From the IMG/VR virus record IMGVR_UViG_3300008113_000087: 64,000 nt of DNA. One strand, written 5' to 3'. The DNA is from an uncultured virus (IMG/VR IMGVR_UViG_3300008113_000087). Taxonomy: Duplodnaviria; Heunggongvirae; Uroviricota; Caudoviricetes. The position numbers were made by a program, and so were the translations under genes. Positions 20,016-29,168 of this stretch are shown one piece after another (the first letter of the stretch is position 1; each line of letters begins with the position of its first letter). The notes beneath the pieces were generated by a model. The model worked only from the letters and a program-made list of their open reading frames with translations. It made no database searches and was not told where the DNA came from.

Positions 20016-20546
20016 TTAAAGTACGACAAACCATCCTATACCATCAGAGGCAATAGTAACTGAACTATTTGGAGAAACCGTAGCAACAGTTGATCCTGCA
20101 TTTATGACAACTGACAGCGATGAAGATCTATTTCTTATAGTAGTCTGATACCCAACAGCATCTGCTGCAACAGGTATAAAAATTGTTCTGTTGGAAACCA
20201 GAGGGTTTACAGAAATTATATCTCTGATACCCGATGTAGTTAAAGTTATGTTCCCACTCAAATCTTGAGCAAGAATTGTTTTGTCGTAAGATGGAACTAA
20301 TAATTGTTTACCAAGATAGATTAGGTATACTACTCCAGCTGGTGCAGCAGAAAACTGTATTTTCGTGCCACCATCAACAATAGTATATCCAACTCCAGGC
20401 TGCACTACTGCGCCATCGTCAACTACTAGGATAGAAGATGCAGAGCCTACTAAAAAATCTAAGGTAAACAAAGTGGTACTGCCGTTGGCAGAAACCACCT
20501 GTTTCTCAAACAATCCATAGAGAGGATCTCTTCCGATGTATGCCAT
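20016..20546 (-). CDS. Virion structural hypothetical protein
   Basis: MAYIG start; NGSTT.FTL...ILV..DG.V.QPG..YT....KIQFSAAP module common in T4-like virion proteins. Confidence 0.65.
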   Translation of the reverse strand: MAYIGRDPLYGLFEKQVVSANGSTTLFTLDFLVGSASSILVVDDGAVVQPGVGYTIVDGGTKIQFSAAPAGVVYLIYLGKQLLVPSYDKTILAQDLSGNITLTTSGIRDIISVNPLVSNRTIFIPVAADAVGYQTTIRNRSSSLSVVINAGSTVATVSPNSSVTIASDGIGWFVVL

Positions 20547-20558
20547 CTTTGAGGCTCC

Positions 20559-23500
20559 TTATGCTTGTGACTCAGACCAAGAAAGTTTTCCTGATACAAT
20601 AAATGGCGAAGCACCAGTAATAGTTGTAGTATTTGTAGGCTGACACAATAAGGTTAACAAATCTGGACCAGAAGGGAAAATACCATCACCGCCCAAAATA
20701 GAGTTACCTAAGTCAACCAATCCATTTAGTTCGAAGGAAGATGTTGTACCACCACTTACTTTACCCACGTATAGAGTAACACCACCAGCAACAGAGTCGC
20801 CAGTATTGTGGTCAATAAATTGTGACAACGAAGGAGTTCCCACACCTGTAAATACAAGGTTAGAAGGTTGACCATTCAACACTAGGAACAAGTCAATTTC
20901 TTTCGATGAAGTGATAGAAACAGAATCAAGAATAACCTGCATTCTATTAATAATTTCGCGTTCACCTAAGAATCCAACTAAAGACGAATCAACAGATGGG
21001 GCTAGTCGAATCGATATAATTGGTTGTGGTCTTGTCAAGTCAGTTGCAGACAACTCGCCGAAGGTAGCAACAATTCCTGAAGCTACGTCGAGATATGTTC
21101 CAACATCTGGAACAACGGCAGTGGCTGGATAGTTTGTGTAAATCTTCGATGTAGCGCCAAGCACCTTAACCTGTGTAATGTAGGTAGAAGTAGGTAGCAC
21201 ACCAGAAGCGTCGCGGATCAACTGACCCTGAATAACTTTACCAGCATCAGCAGCACTTACACCAAGAGTATACACATATACACGTTTACCACGTAATGTA
21301 ATTTGCTCGAAGACCGATACCGCATTTGTTGTAACAGTTCCTGTTACTCCGTTGGCGAATACGTATGGCTTAGAGATAGCAGAGAATTTATATGCTCCGT
21401 CATCAGAGAACAAACCATCCATAATAACGGAAGTACCGAAGTGGAATAGTGTAGGTGAAGATGTAGGATCATCACCATTGTCGATCTCATAACGTCCAGG
21501 TAAGTTACCTGAGCGGAAGTATGATTCGTTCAATTTGTTGTTGTGGACAAATTCATGGAAGTAGAACACGTGTCCATAACGATCTTTAAATCCGAAACGA
21601 ATTTTACCAGCACCATACCATGAATAGTCAGCGTAACACATCTGAATCTTATGTGGATTAAAGATATATCCTGATGGTCCTAAACCATCAGCCTGATCTA
21701 TGTTCCACTCAGTTCTTGGTATTCTAACGTCAACCATCTTGGTGATTTTAACTTGCGTTGAAGATGCACCACGATATGCTGGTTGAATAATTAAACGACT
21801 ATCAGATTGGATCGAAACAACTTTATACGAAGAACCACGAATAGAGATGTAATCGCCTGTTTCTATTTGTCCTTGGAAACTTGTATTAGTTCCCTCAATA
21901 ACTTGAGAGTTCTTAACTGCCTTAATTACACCAGAGAGCTGTAATGTTGAAGAACGGCGAACAACATAAATTTCTTGTCCATCATATTCAAAGAAGAATC
22001 CGTTCTGATCATCAAACATACCAGCACGAATATATGAATCGCGCCACTCATTTCTGTAGTATTCTGGGAATCCCGAAGCAATCGATTGATCAATCGTACC
22101 ACCAGATGTTACTTTAAAGGTAAACGGATCAACAACTGTAGTAACAAGGAAGGTTCCATTATAGAAGTTAGTTCCTGTTGTTGTTACCGCATCTTGAACT
22201 GTGATACTATCATTAACCACAAGATTGTGTGGTTCTTGTGTAGTCGCAGTAATTAAGTTGTTTGATGCAGTGTAAATCAACTTAGCCAGTGTTTTAGCTG
22301 GAGAGAAGTTAATCGCGAAAGAGTTTTGAATACCTTTACCAGATTGGTAACGGAAGTACTTACGAGATTGACGAACGATCTTACTATTCGGAGAAGTACC
22401 CGCAGTAATATCAACACCACCATCGAAAGACTTGTGTAAGTTATATCCATCAGGACGTAGGTTTACTGTTGTCTTCAAGAAGTATTTTGAAGACGCAGTA
22501 GTAGCCTGAACTGTTTCTAGAATAGACAAAGATGTATCAGTAAACACTAGATCAACGCTAAATTTACGCATACGACCACCAACAAACATATAGAGGTTAT
22601 CGCCCTTCTTAAAGTCTGTCAAGAATTTAGTTGATGTTCCAGTAATAATACTCTTATTTACTGTTCCTGCCACTGTACCAACACCTGCAAGACCTTTAAC
22701 AATGTTAGCAGATCTAAAGATGTGAGTTCCAGTTGGAGCATTAATTTGAACATAGTTACCGTCAATCGCATCTTGCACTGAAGTTGCTAGACGGAAAGTC
22801 TTATCAGTAATCGGAATTACGTATCTTGCTGATGCATCAATTATAGCAGTGTTACCATTCGCATCATACTCAATCTGCTCACCCAAGATTAGATTGTGGT
22901 CAGCTGTCGAAGAGGTAGTAATAATATCGTTAGCTGTATCGACGCTTGCCGATGTAACGCTGTATGATCTTTTTACAACTTGGAATGGCGCTGAAACTGA
23001 GAACGATTTACCACCATCAGCTGCAGGAACGTCAACAATTGGATATGCTCCATCATATGCGCCAACTTGATTTACCAAGGTTATTGTTTGTTGCCCCACA
23101 CCCTGTGTTGTTAAGCGGATATCTTCTGAAGATGCGACAACAGTAAATCGTAGTTCCCACCAGTTAGTCATACCTGCAGGGGCTGCGTTAACATCAGATG
23201 TCGGGTCGACGTTTACGCGAATACCCTTAAACCCACCATCGGTTCTTAACAGTGAAGAAACGTCTTTAGATGTCCAGTTTGTTGCTGTCTGGAAAGCAGA
23301 AGTAAATGCCTTCGGTGCCACGTTACCAATATTAAACGTGCTATTTACTGTAGTTCCATCAGCGTTGTAAAACTTTAACACAACGAATTCTGTGGCATTT
23401 CTAAAGTCGCCACGATATTCAACTTTAGTAATAGAGGCAACAGAAGGATCTAAACCAAGTGGAGTTTGGAAGTTTACATTAGATGTATTACCAAACGCTG

Positions 23501-26069
23501 ATGTTACAGCTGTTGCACCCGCACCCGAAGATTGTTTAAAGATAAGACGATTATCATTTAAACGTGCCACACGAAGTGATTGGTTATTTGTTAATGGCGA
23601 TGGCGCTGTGCCTTGAGTTGTAAATGTAGCATCACTTGTCGATGTGATTTTGTGGTTTGCTACAAAGATTGAATTGTATGTTGGGTTTACTTTCTGAACA
23701 TTAACAACAAACCCTGCTGGATAACTAGAAATATCGTCTGTATTTGGTGCTTGAGTTATTTGAATTTTAAACAAATCTTCTGTAACTACGGTAATTCTTC
23801 CAGCAAATGTTGCCGATGCAATAGGAATACTTGCGCCAGTACTGTCAACAAATTCAAATCTATTGCTTGTTGTATAGTTGGTAACTGTAACCTCGCATGC
23901 GTCGCCATTATTGTATCCGTGAGCTGCTTTGAAAATACTGTTACGGAAGTTAGCTGCGATATCGTTAGCGAACATGTAGTAAACATGGGTGCTATTGCTA
24001 GAGAATACATTTAAACCAGCATCGTTATAGTTGGTAGTAATAATACCAAAACTATTTGTCGCTGATGCAGCGTTACCGTACTTGTGACCACCTGTACCGA
24101 AACGTCCATTTAGACGCTGGTTCGGTAAGAAAGAGTAACCATCGGCACTATTTGTATATGCGTTATCAGGTGTTCTGCTTTGGAAAGCAATTAGTCGTGA
24201 ACCATTACCACCTAAACCGAATTGAGCTGTTGCGAAATCGCTACCAGAATGATTTAAGTTCAATGAGGAAGGACGGAACTGACCAGAATATATTAATGTC
24301 ATAGACCAGTTAGATGTTGGGTTACCAAATTTGTCTTTGGTTGTCATACCAGCATCTGGGTTCAAACCATACCCCAAGTAATATCTACCTGCAGTTGTTG
24401 CTGTTCCGTTATAAGTTGATCCATTACCTTGGAAAATTGCAGCTGAAATATTTTGATTTGGGAATTGTGATCCAGATCCAGCACCAATAGCACCAACACG
24501 GAATGTAGCCTGACGACCTGTTGGTGTACCTTCACCAGAGAATACGTTTACACCAGATCCAGCAAAAGTGTTTGCGCTTGATGAGTAGTTTACCTGTGAA
24601 AGTGTAAGCGACCAAGGAACATTTCCTACACCATATGTGGAAGTAAGATCAACTAAGTAATTGACAGTAGTGTTACTGTAGGTATTTGAATTTCTAGTTT
24701 GTGTTATACCATTTGTGTTTACTGTATTGTTTCTATTGAAGAATGCTGTTCCACGTTCAAGACCATTTCTTTGCTCAACTTTATATACTAATCCTAGTCT
24801 TGGATGACCACGTGTAATGTCTAATGCACTAAGATTAACAACACTGGCCAATGTTCCGTAGTCGGTGCATAACTGGAAAGTGTTGTCTGTAACTCGCTTA
24901 ACATAATAGACAGTTCCGTCTAGCATTCCACCTGTGGATAAGTTGCGAGTTTGTGTTTGGAAAACAAGGCAGTAGTTATCTCTTAAACCATGAGCTGTCC
25001 AAGTAATTTGTTCTGTCGCAGTATCAATAATTCCTGGCGATAGGTATAAATTATATGTAGATGTCCAGTCCCATGTAACAACTGGGAACTCTAAAAATCC
25101 ACCTCTACTGGTTATAAGTGTGGCATCAACTGTTGCAGTAGTTATGATAGCTGGGTCGACATCAACAGTTGGTCTTCCGTCTGCAGCAGTTGCAGTTGCA
25201 TTTGGTATTACTAATGACTTTGGTCCGATAGTATTTCTAAGATAAATTTTAGTTCTAGGATTTAAACCATGAACTTCTGGGCAGCCAATAGTAAGAGTAG
25301 AAGCGCCAGCTGCAGCGTCTGTTATAATACCCAAACCATCTGATTCATCAAGTGGTATTGCAGAACCTTCGAAAAATTTTGCTTGTGTAACTGTAGTATA
25401 TGAACCAGAAATAACTTCTGTTCTTGTTGCAGCTTGGTCAATCTCATAGAAAAATTCTGTAGAAGTAGACACACCAGTAATTAAGAATGCACCCTCAGCT
25501 AGCGATAGTGTAACACCGAGCACAACGATTGGGTCGCCAAGTTTAAGGTCAGTACCTTGAGATAAGATTACTTTGACAACTTTAGACGAAGCTGTTGTTG
25601 TAATTGATAACAATCCTTCTAGTGGAACATCGCCACCTGAAGAATAAATTGTTGGAATGTTTTGAACAGTTTGTAAAGTTTCCCACTTAGTTCCCTGTAG
25701 ACCATACTCAAAGTCGGTATCGATCAAGTTACCTGGAGTTGACACACGGAGTTTATTAACTGGGTCAAGCATGGCTTCTTCGAAGCCCATCTTAGCGTGG
25801 TCTTCTTCAATAAAGATCTGAATATCGTCATCATCCAAACAACCAAGAGTGGACAAGTCAGCAGTCAGAACATAGGTAGTCATTTCCTGTTGTTCTGAAA
25901 AGTTGAATGACTCAAATCCTAGCGTAGGATCCGCAAAGTTGTAAATAATCTGATTGTTTGTCACATCAGTCATCAACAACAATCTATTCGGTCTGATATT
26001 TCCTGGAATTGCAATCGTATTATTTACGGTATCCAGTGTATATCCAGTGTATATTAACTTTTTTGCCAT
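20559..26069 (-). CDS. Large virion structural protein (1836 aa)
   Basis: KLRVSTP.NLIDTDFEYGLQ.TKWE, RQSRKYFRYQSGKG, DYSWYGAGKIRFG motifs; beta-rich; in structural cluster. Confidence 0.7.
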   Translation of the reverse strand: MAKKLIYTGYTLDTVNNTIAIPGNIRPNRLLLMTDVTNNQIIYNFADPTLGFESFNFSEQQEMTTYVLTADLSTLGCLDDDDIQIFIEEDHAKMGFEEAMLDPVNKLRVSTPGNLIDTDFEYGLQGTKWETLQTVQNIPTIYSSGGDVPLEGLLSITTTASSKVVKVILSQGTDLKLGDPIVVLGVTLSLAEGAFLITGVSTSTEFFYEIDQAATRTEVISGSYTTVTQAKFFEGSAIPLDESDGLGIITDAAAGASTLTIGCPEVHGLNPRTKIYLRNTIGPKSLVIPNATATAADGRPTVDVDPAIITTATVDATLITSRGGFLEFPVVTWDWTSTYNLYLSPGIIDTATEQITWTAHGLRDNYCLVFQTQTRNLSTGGMLDGTVYYVKRVTDNTFQLCTDYGTLASVVNLSALDITRGHPRLGLVYKVEQRNGLERGTAFFNRNNTVNTNGITQTRNSNTYSNTTVNYLVDLTSTYGVGNVPWSLTLSQVNYSSSANTFAGSGVNVFSGEGTPTGRQATFRVGAIGAGSGSQFPNQNISAAIFQGNGSTYNGTATTAGRYYLGYGLNPDAGMTTKDKFGNPTSNWSMTLIYSGQFRPSSLNLNHSGSDFATAQFGLGGNGSRLIAFQSRTPDNAYTNSADGYSFLPNQRLNGRFGTGGHKYGNAASATNSFGIITTNYNDAGLNVFSSNSTHVYYMFANDIAANFRNSIFKAAHGYNNGDACEVTVTNYTTSNRFEFVDSTGASIPIASATFAGRITVVTEDLFKIQITQAPNTDDISSYPAGFVVNVQKVNPTYNSIFVANHKITSTSDATFTTQGTAPSPLTNNQSLRVARLNDNRLIFKQSSGAGATAVTSAFGNTSNVNFQTPLGLDPSVASITKVEYRGDFRNATEFVVLKFYNADGTTVNSTFNIGNVAPKAFTSAFQTATNWTSKDVSSLLRTDGGFKGIRVNVDPTSDVNAAPAGMTNWWELRFTVVASSEDIRLTTQGVGQQTITLVNQVGAYDGAYPIVDVPAADGGKSFSVSAPFQVVKRSYSVTSASVDTANDIITTSSTADHNLILGEQIEYDANGNTAIIDASARYVIPITDKTFRLATSVQDAIDGNYVQINAPTGTHIFRSANIVKGLAGVGTVAGTVNKSIITGTSTKFLTDFKKGDNLYMFVGGRMRKFSVDLVFTDTSLSILETVQATTASSKYFLKTTVNLRPDGYNLHKSFDGGVDITAGTSPNSKIVRQSRKYFRYQSGKGIQNSFAINFSPAKTLAKLIYTASNNLITATTQEPHNLVVNDSITVQDAVTTTGTNFYNGTFLVTTVVDPFTFKVTSGGTIDQSIASGFPEYYRNEWRDSYIRAGMFDDQNGFFFEYDGQEIYVVRRSSTLQLSGVIKAVKNSQVIEGTNTSFQGQIETGDYISIRGSSYKVVSIQSDSRLIIQPAYRGASSTQVKITKMVDVRIPRTEWNIDQADGLGPSGYIFNPHKIQMCYADYSWYGAGKIRFGFKDRYGHVFYFHEFVHNNKLNESYFRSGNLPGRYEIDNGDDPTSSPTLFHFGTSVIMDGLFSDDGAYKFSAISKPYVFANGVTGTVTTNAVSVFEQITLRGKRVYVYTLGVSAADAGKVIQGQLIRDASGVLPTSTYITQVKVLGATSKIYTNYPATAVVPDVGTYLDVASGIVATFGELSATDLTRPQPIISIRLAPSVDSSLVGFLGEREIINRMQVILDSVSITSSKEIDLFLVLNGQPSNLVFTGVGTPSLSQFIDHNTGDSVAGGVTLYVGKVSGGTTSSFELNGLVDLGNSILGGDGIFPSGPDLLTLLCQPTNTTTITGASPFIVSGKLSWSESQA

Positions 26070-26093
26070 GCTTTCATTCCCTTATAAATGTTT

Positions 26094-26714
26094 TTACTGT
26101 TGAATATTTCCAACATATTTAAAAATTATAAACTGCGAACCAATTGTTCCTGATATTCTGAGGCTGTCATATTGGTCGGTGTATATAACTTTATGAATTT
26201 TAATCTCTTCATTATTTAGTCTTATTCCATCGTCAATAGGTATCAATCTTTTCAGTTGCTCAGGTGATATATCATAGTATGGAGATTCTTCTGTAAACTC
26301 AAATAATTCTCCATCTAATTTTAACTGCCCATTCGGATCGCTAATGCAATAAAATACTGTCGGTTCAAGACTCACCAGCTTTATTTGTTTTTGAGCACCT
26401 GCTGCGTCAAGTTCTTCTTTAGTGGGAATATACCCATCTACAGGTTCAACTTTCGCTGCGTTTCGAAATGGTACTTCTTTCCTAGTTTCTAGATCTATTA
26501 ATGAATAGTGAAATCTTCCTGTTCCTAATTTACCAAGAATTTTCCCATGTTCATTAACAACATGAACTGAACCCTGCTTTATAAAAGTTACAGTACACAA
26601 ACCCTTCCATGGTATAGTGATCATTCCTATATCACCAGCTTCACCACACAATTTCTGTACTACGTAACCTTGATTTCGCCTTACGGCGACCACCTCATCA
26701 TTCCAAAATGCCAA
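26094..26714 (-). CDS. Hypothetical protein (TTG start)
   Basis: 206-aa ORF; GGAGG upstream of TTG. Confidence 0.65.
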   Translation of the reverse strand: MAFWNDEVVAVRRNQGYVVQKLCGEAGDIGMITIPWKGLCTVTFIKQGSVHVVNEHGKILGKLGTGRFHYSLIDLETRKEVPFRNAAKVEPVDGYIPTKEELDAAGAQKQIKLVSLEPTVFYCISDPNGQLKLDGELFEFTEESPYYDISPEQLKRLIPIDDGIRLNNEEIKIHKVIYTDQYDSLRISGTIGSQFIIFKYVGNIQQ

Positions 26715-26717
26715 GGG

Positions 26718-26960
26718 TTATCCTCCCAATGCTATACCAAATGCGACAGTCAATGATTGAGTTGGAACTAAATCCCACTTCGAACCATCGTGAAGTTCAA
26801 CTTTCTTTGTAGTATTGTTAAAACGATACTGACCCTTCAGATATGTAGTAGCATCGCCAACTGGTCTGTCAACCTGTTCGCCGACAGGCAGTCTTACGGT
26901 TTGACCCTGCATTTGAATATCATCTTGCAGTGAGTTTGATTTTATTTTGCTTATGGCCAT
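26718..26960 (-). CDS. Small virion-associated protein
   Basis: RLPVG...RP....GQYRFN.T....E..DG..W motif; ends GIALGG. Confidence 0.7.
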   Translation of the reverse strand: MAISKIKSNSLQDDIQMQGQTVRLPVGEQVDRPVGDATTYLKGQYRFNNTTKKVELHDGSKWDLVPTQSLTVAFGIALGG

Positions 26961-26983
26961 TTTCTAGTATCTCCTATTACTAT

Positions 26984-28414
26984 TTAGTCGTTAGATTGAT
27001 ACATAAAGTTGAAAAACAACTCAGTTGTGTTAGTTATATTAGTATTTGTGACGTCAACAAACGCACCAGATGTAGGTTGTGTAACTAAAGAAATGAGACC
27101 TGAGTTGTTTGATAGACGACCCAATGTAGAACCCACACTACTACCATTTATAACAGCAACTTGAGCGATATGCTCATTCGCTACAGCAAATGGTATGCCT
27201 GATATTTTTACTGTTCCAGTTAAAGAACCTTTGTTGGTCAACACAATTCTTCCTGTGCAAAAAACTCTATTACCCATTTTTGTAAATGTGCCGTATGTTG
27301 TTCCAGCTTGTACGATACCAGTTGTAGCATTGTTTATTTCTAGTATAGGAAACCAGTCGCCCTCTTGATAATCGTCTAATGTGTAAGGATCAGCTGATGG
27401 GAAACTGTTTGATGGAAACTGTATTCTTCCTTGCGAAGTGCCCGTACCTAAAATAAGATTATTTACTGTTAGTGTGCCTGTGACAGTGTCGCCAGCTTTA
27501 TTTAAAGGAGTATATCCCAAAGAAGCTGCGATAGCGCCATTCGCTAGTTTCGGTCCAGTAACTGCCGAAGCTGCGAGTTTAGTAGTAGTTACAGATAAAT
27601 CTTCAAGAGCACGAGTTGATACTGAGCCATCGGTAAATGCATTTCTTGAAACAGTGCCGAATCCTAAGTGGAACACAGTAACTTTAACACCAGCAGATAA
27701 ACCTACAGCCAATGTTAATGTTGTTCCTGTTAGCGAAAAGTCAACATTATCAGTATAGACTGATCCATTTGCTGTAACAATTATTGATTGTATAGATGCT
27801 GGAACTTGTGATAGATTGAAAACAGTTTGTCCTTGCGTGGCAACAAACTTATCTACAGTAAATGCCTTTAAATTCGCGGAAAGTGTTTCTGCCGTTACAG
27901 ATCCAGCTGCAGGTTGTAATTGATAAGTGGATCCACCTTGATGTAATGCGTAAATATTTTGACCAGCTTCAGGAACACCAGTAAAATGTAATCCTTTGTT
28001 TTCTTCTACAGCCACAGCTGAGATTGTAGCTGTTGCGACACTAGTGCCACCAGAAGTGTTTGCAATTATAGCTGAACCAGTAGTAAAGTTAGCATTTGGT
28101 GTTGTTTTATAAACACGCACGAAAGTGCTGGCTGATTGTACGATTATACCCTCAGCTGAACCTATGCGGATATATTTGCTAGTGGTAATTGTTCCTGCGA
28201 TATTTGTTATTGATAGCAATACCAAATCGGAAATTAAGTATGCTTCTACAGGTTCTTGTACTACGTTATCGACAACTACAATTAAACCAGACTCGAATCC
28301 ACCTGGAACTTGTTGTCCCAATGGATAAATGTATTGAACCCCATTACCAAGATACTCATCTCTTGGTCGTGCGCCTGTTGTTGTGTCTTCTGGACCTGAA
28401 CCGATGTAAGCCAT
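26984..28414 (-). CDS. Tail fibre-like protein
   Basis: MAYIG start; AVT..KLA repeats; LDDYQEG.W.P and GTFTKMGNRV C-terminal fibre motif. Confidence 0.7.
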   Translation of the reverse strand: MAYIGSGPEDTTTGARPRDEYLGNGVQYIYPLGQQVPGGFESGLIVVVDNVVQEPVEAYLISDLVLLSITNIAGTITTSKYIRIGSAEGIIVQSASTFVRVYKTTPNANFTTGSAIIANTSGGTSVATATISAVAVEENKGLHFTGVPEAGQNIYALHQGGSTYQLQPAAGSVTAETLSANLKAFTVDKFVATQGQTVFNLSQVPASIQSIIVTANGSVYTDNVDFSLTGTTLTLAVGLSAGVKVTVFHLGFGTVSRNAFTDGSVSTRALEDLSVTTTKLAASAVTGPKLANGAIAASLGYTPLNKAGDTVTGTLTVNNLILGTGTSQGRIQFPSNSFPSADPYTLDDYQEGDWFPILEINNATTGIVQAGTTYGTFTKMGNRVFCTGRIVLTNKGSLTGTVKISGIPFAVANEHIAQVAVINGSSVGSTLGRLSNNSGLISLVTQPTSGAFVDVTNTNITNTTELFFNFMYQSND

Positions 28415-28737
28415 TAAACGTCCTCTAAAATAGAACCAATAACATCTAAAGATGTGCCAGTACTAGACACTACACTTATAGTATCTAAATTAAATAAAAC
28501 GATTTTTTGTCCAGCAATTACCTGTAACGAACCACCAACTGGAACTGGTGCGTTTTTTACAACATAATAATCGTTACCACCTGATGTTATATACACACTG
28601 GCAGTAACTGCACCCTGTGTTGTATTACATAAATCAAGTTCGATCATAATCGCTTTTTTAGTAGCTGGTGCTTGATAGACTTGCACCGCAGATGTCCCTA
28701 CGTTTCGTGCTAAAGCATTTTTAAAATTATTTGCCAT
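28414..28737 (-). CDS. Conserved virion-region protein
   Basis: MANNFKN...VGT....Y.AP, VKNAPVPVGGSL...GQKIVL. Confidence 0.7.
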   Translation of the reverse strand: MANNFKNALARNVGTSAVQVYQAPATKKAIMIELDLCNTTQGAVTASVYITSGGNDYYVVKNAPVPVGGSLQVIAGQKIVLFNLDTISVVSSTGTSLDVIGSILEDV

Positions 28738-28740
28738 GTA

Positions 28741-28950
28741 TTATCCTAACGCAATTGTTATCGCAATTGAAAAATCTGTACCATCATTTATTGCTTGAAC
28801 TATATTAGACTGTCCACCACCGAGAGCTGCGATGTCACCCACGTCTTGAACAGTCTGATTCGACTGTGTGATGACAGAGTTTGTTTTTACACGCCACTGA
28901 TCAAAGGTATCAGTTTGTGGTACAGTTACAACAGGTGTTTGGAGCGCCAT
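28741..28950 (-). CDS. Small virion-associated protein
   Basis: TDTFDQWRVKTN motif; ends ITIALG. Confidence 0.7.
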   Translation of the reverse strand: MALQTPVVTVPQTDTFDQWRVKTNSVITQSNQTVQDVGDIAALGGGQSNIVQAINDGTDFSIAITIALG

Positions 28951-29168
28951 TATGGTTTACCTAATAAAGTTTTTAGCATTGATTTGATATCATTAATATC
29001 GTTCTTCATGTTATTTATCTCTTCTGTCATGGTGGCTTTTTCGCTTTGTTCCATTAAAAGTTTAGCTCTATACAGCTTGTAACTTTCGTAAGAATCAAGA
29101 TTAGTGTTAACTACACCACCTGTGTTCAAGTCTTTCTTAAGATCAGGAAAATTCTCAACTTTATGCAT
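28950..29168 (-). CDS. Conserved small coiled-coil protein
   Basis: KVE..PDL.KD..TG.V.NT; EINNMKNDINDIKSML. Confidence 0.7.
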   Translation of the reverse strand: MHKVENFPDLKKDLNTGGVVNTNLDSYESYKLYRAKLLMEQSEKATMTEEINNMKNDINDIKSMLKTLLGKP

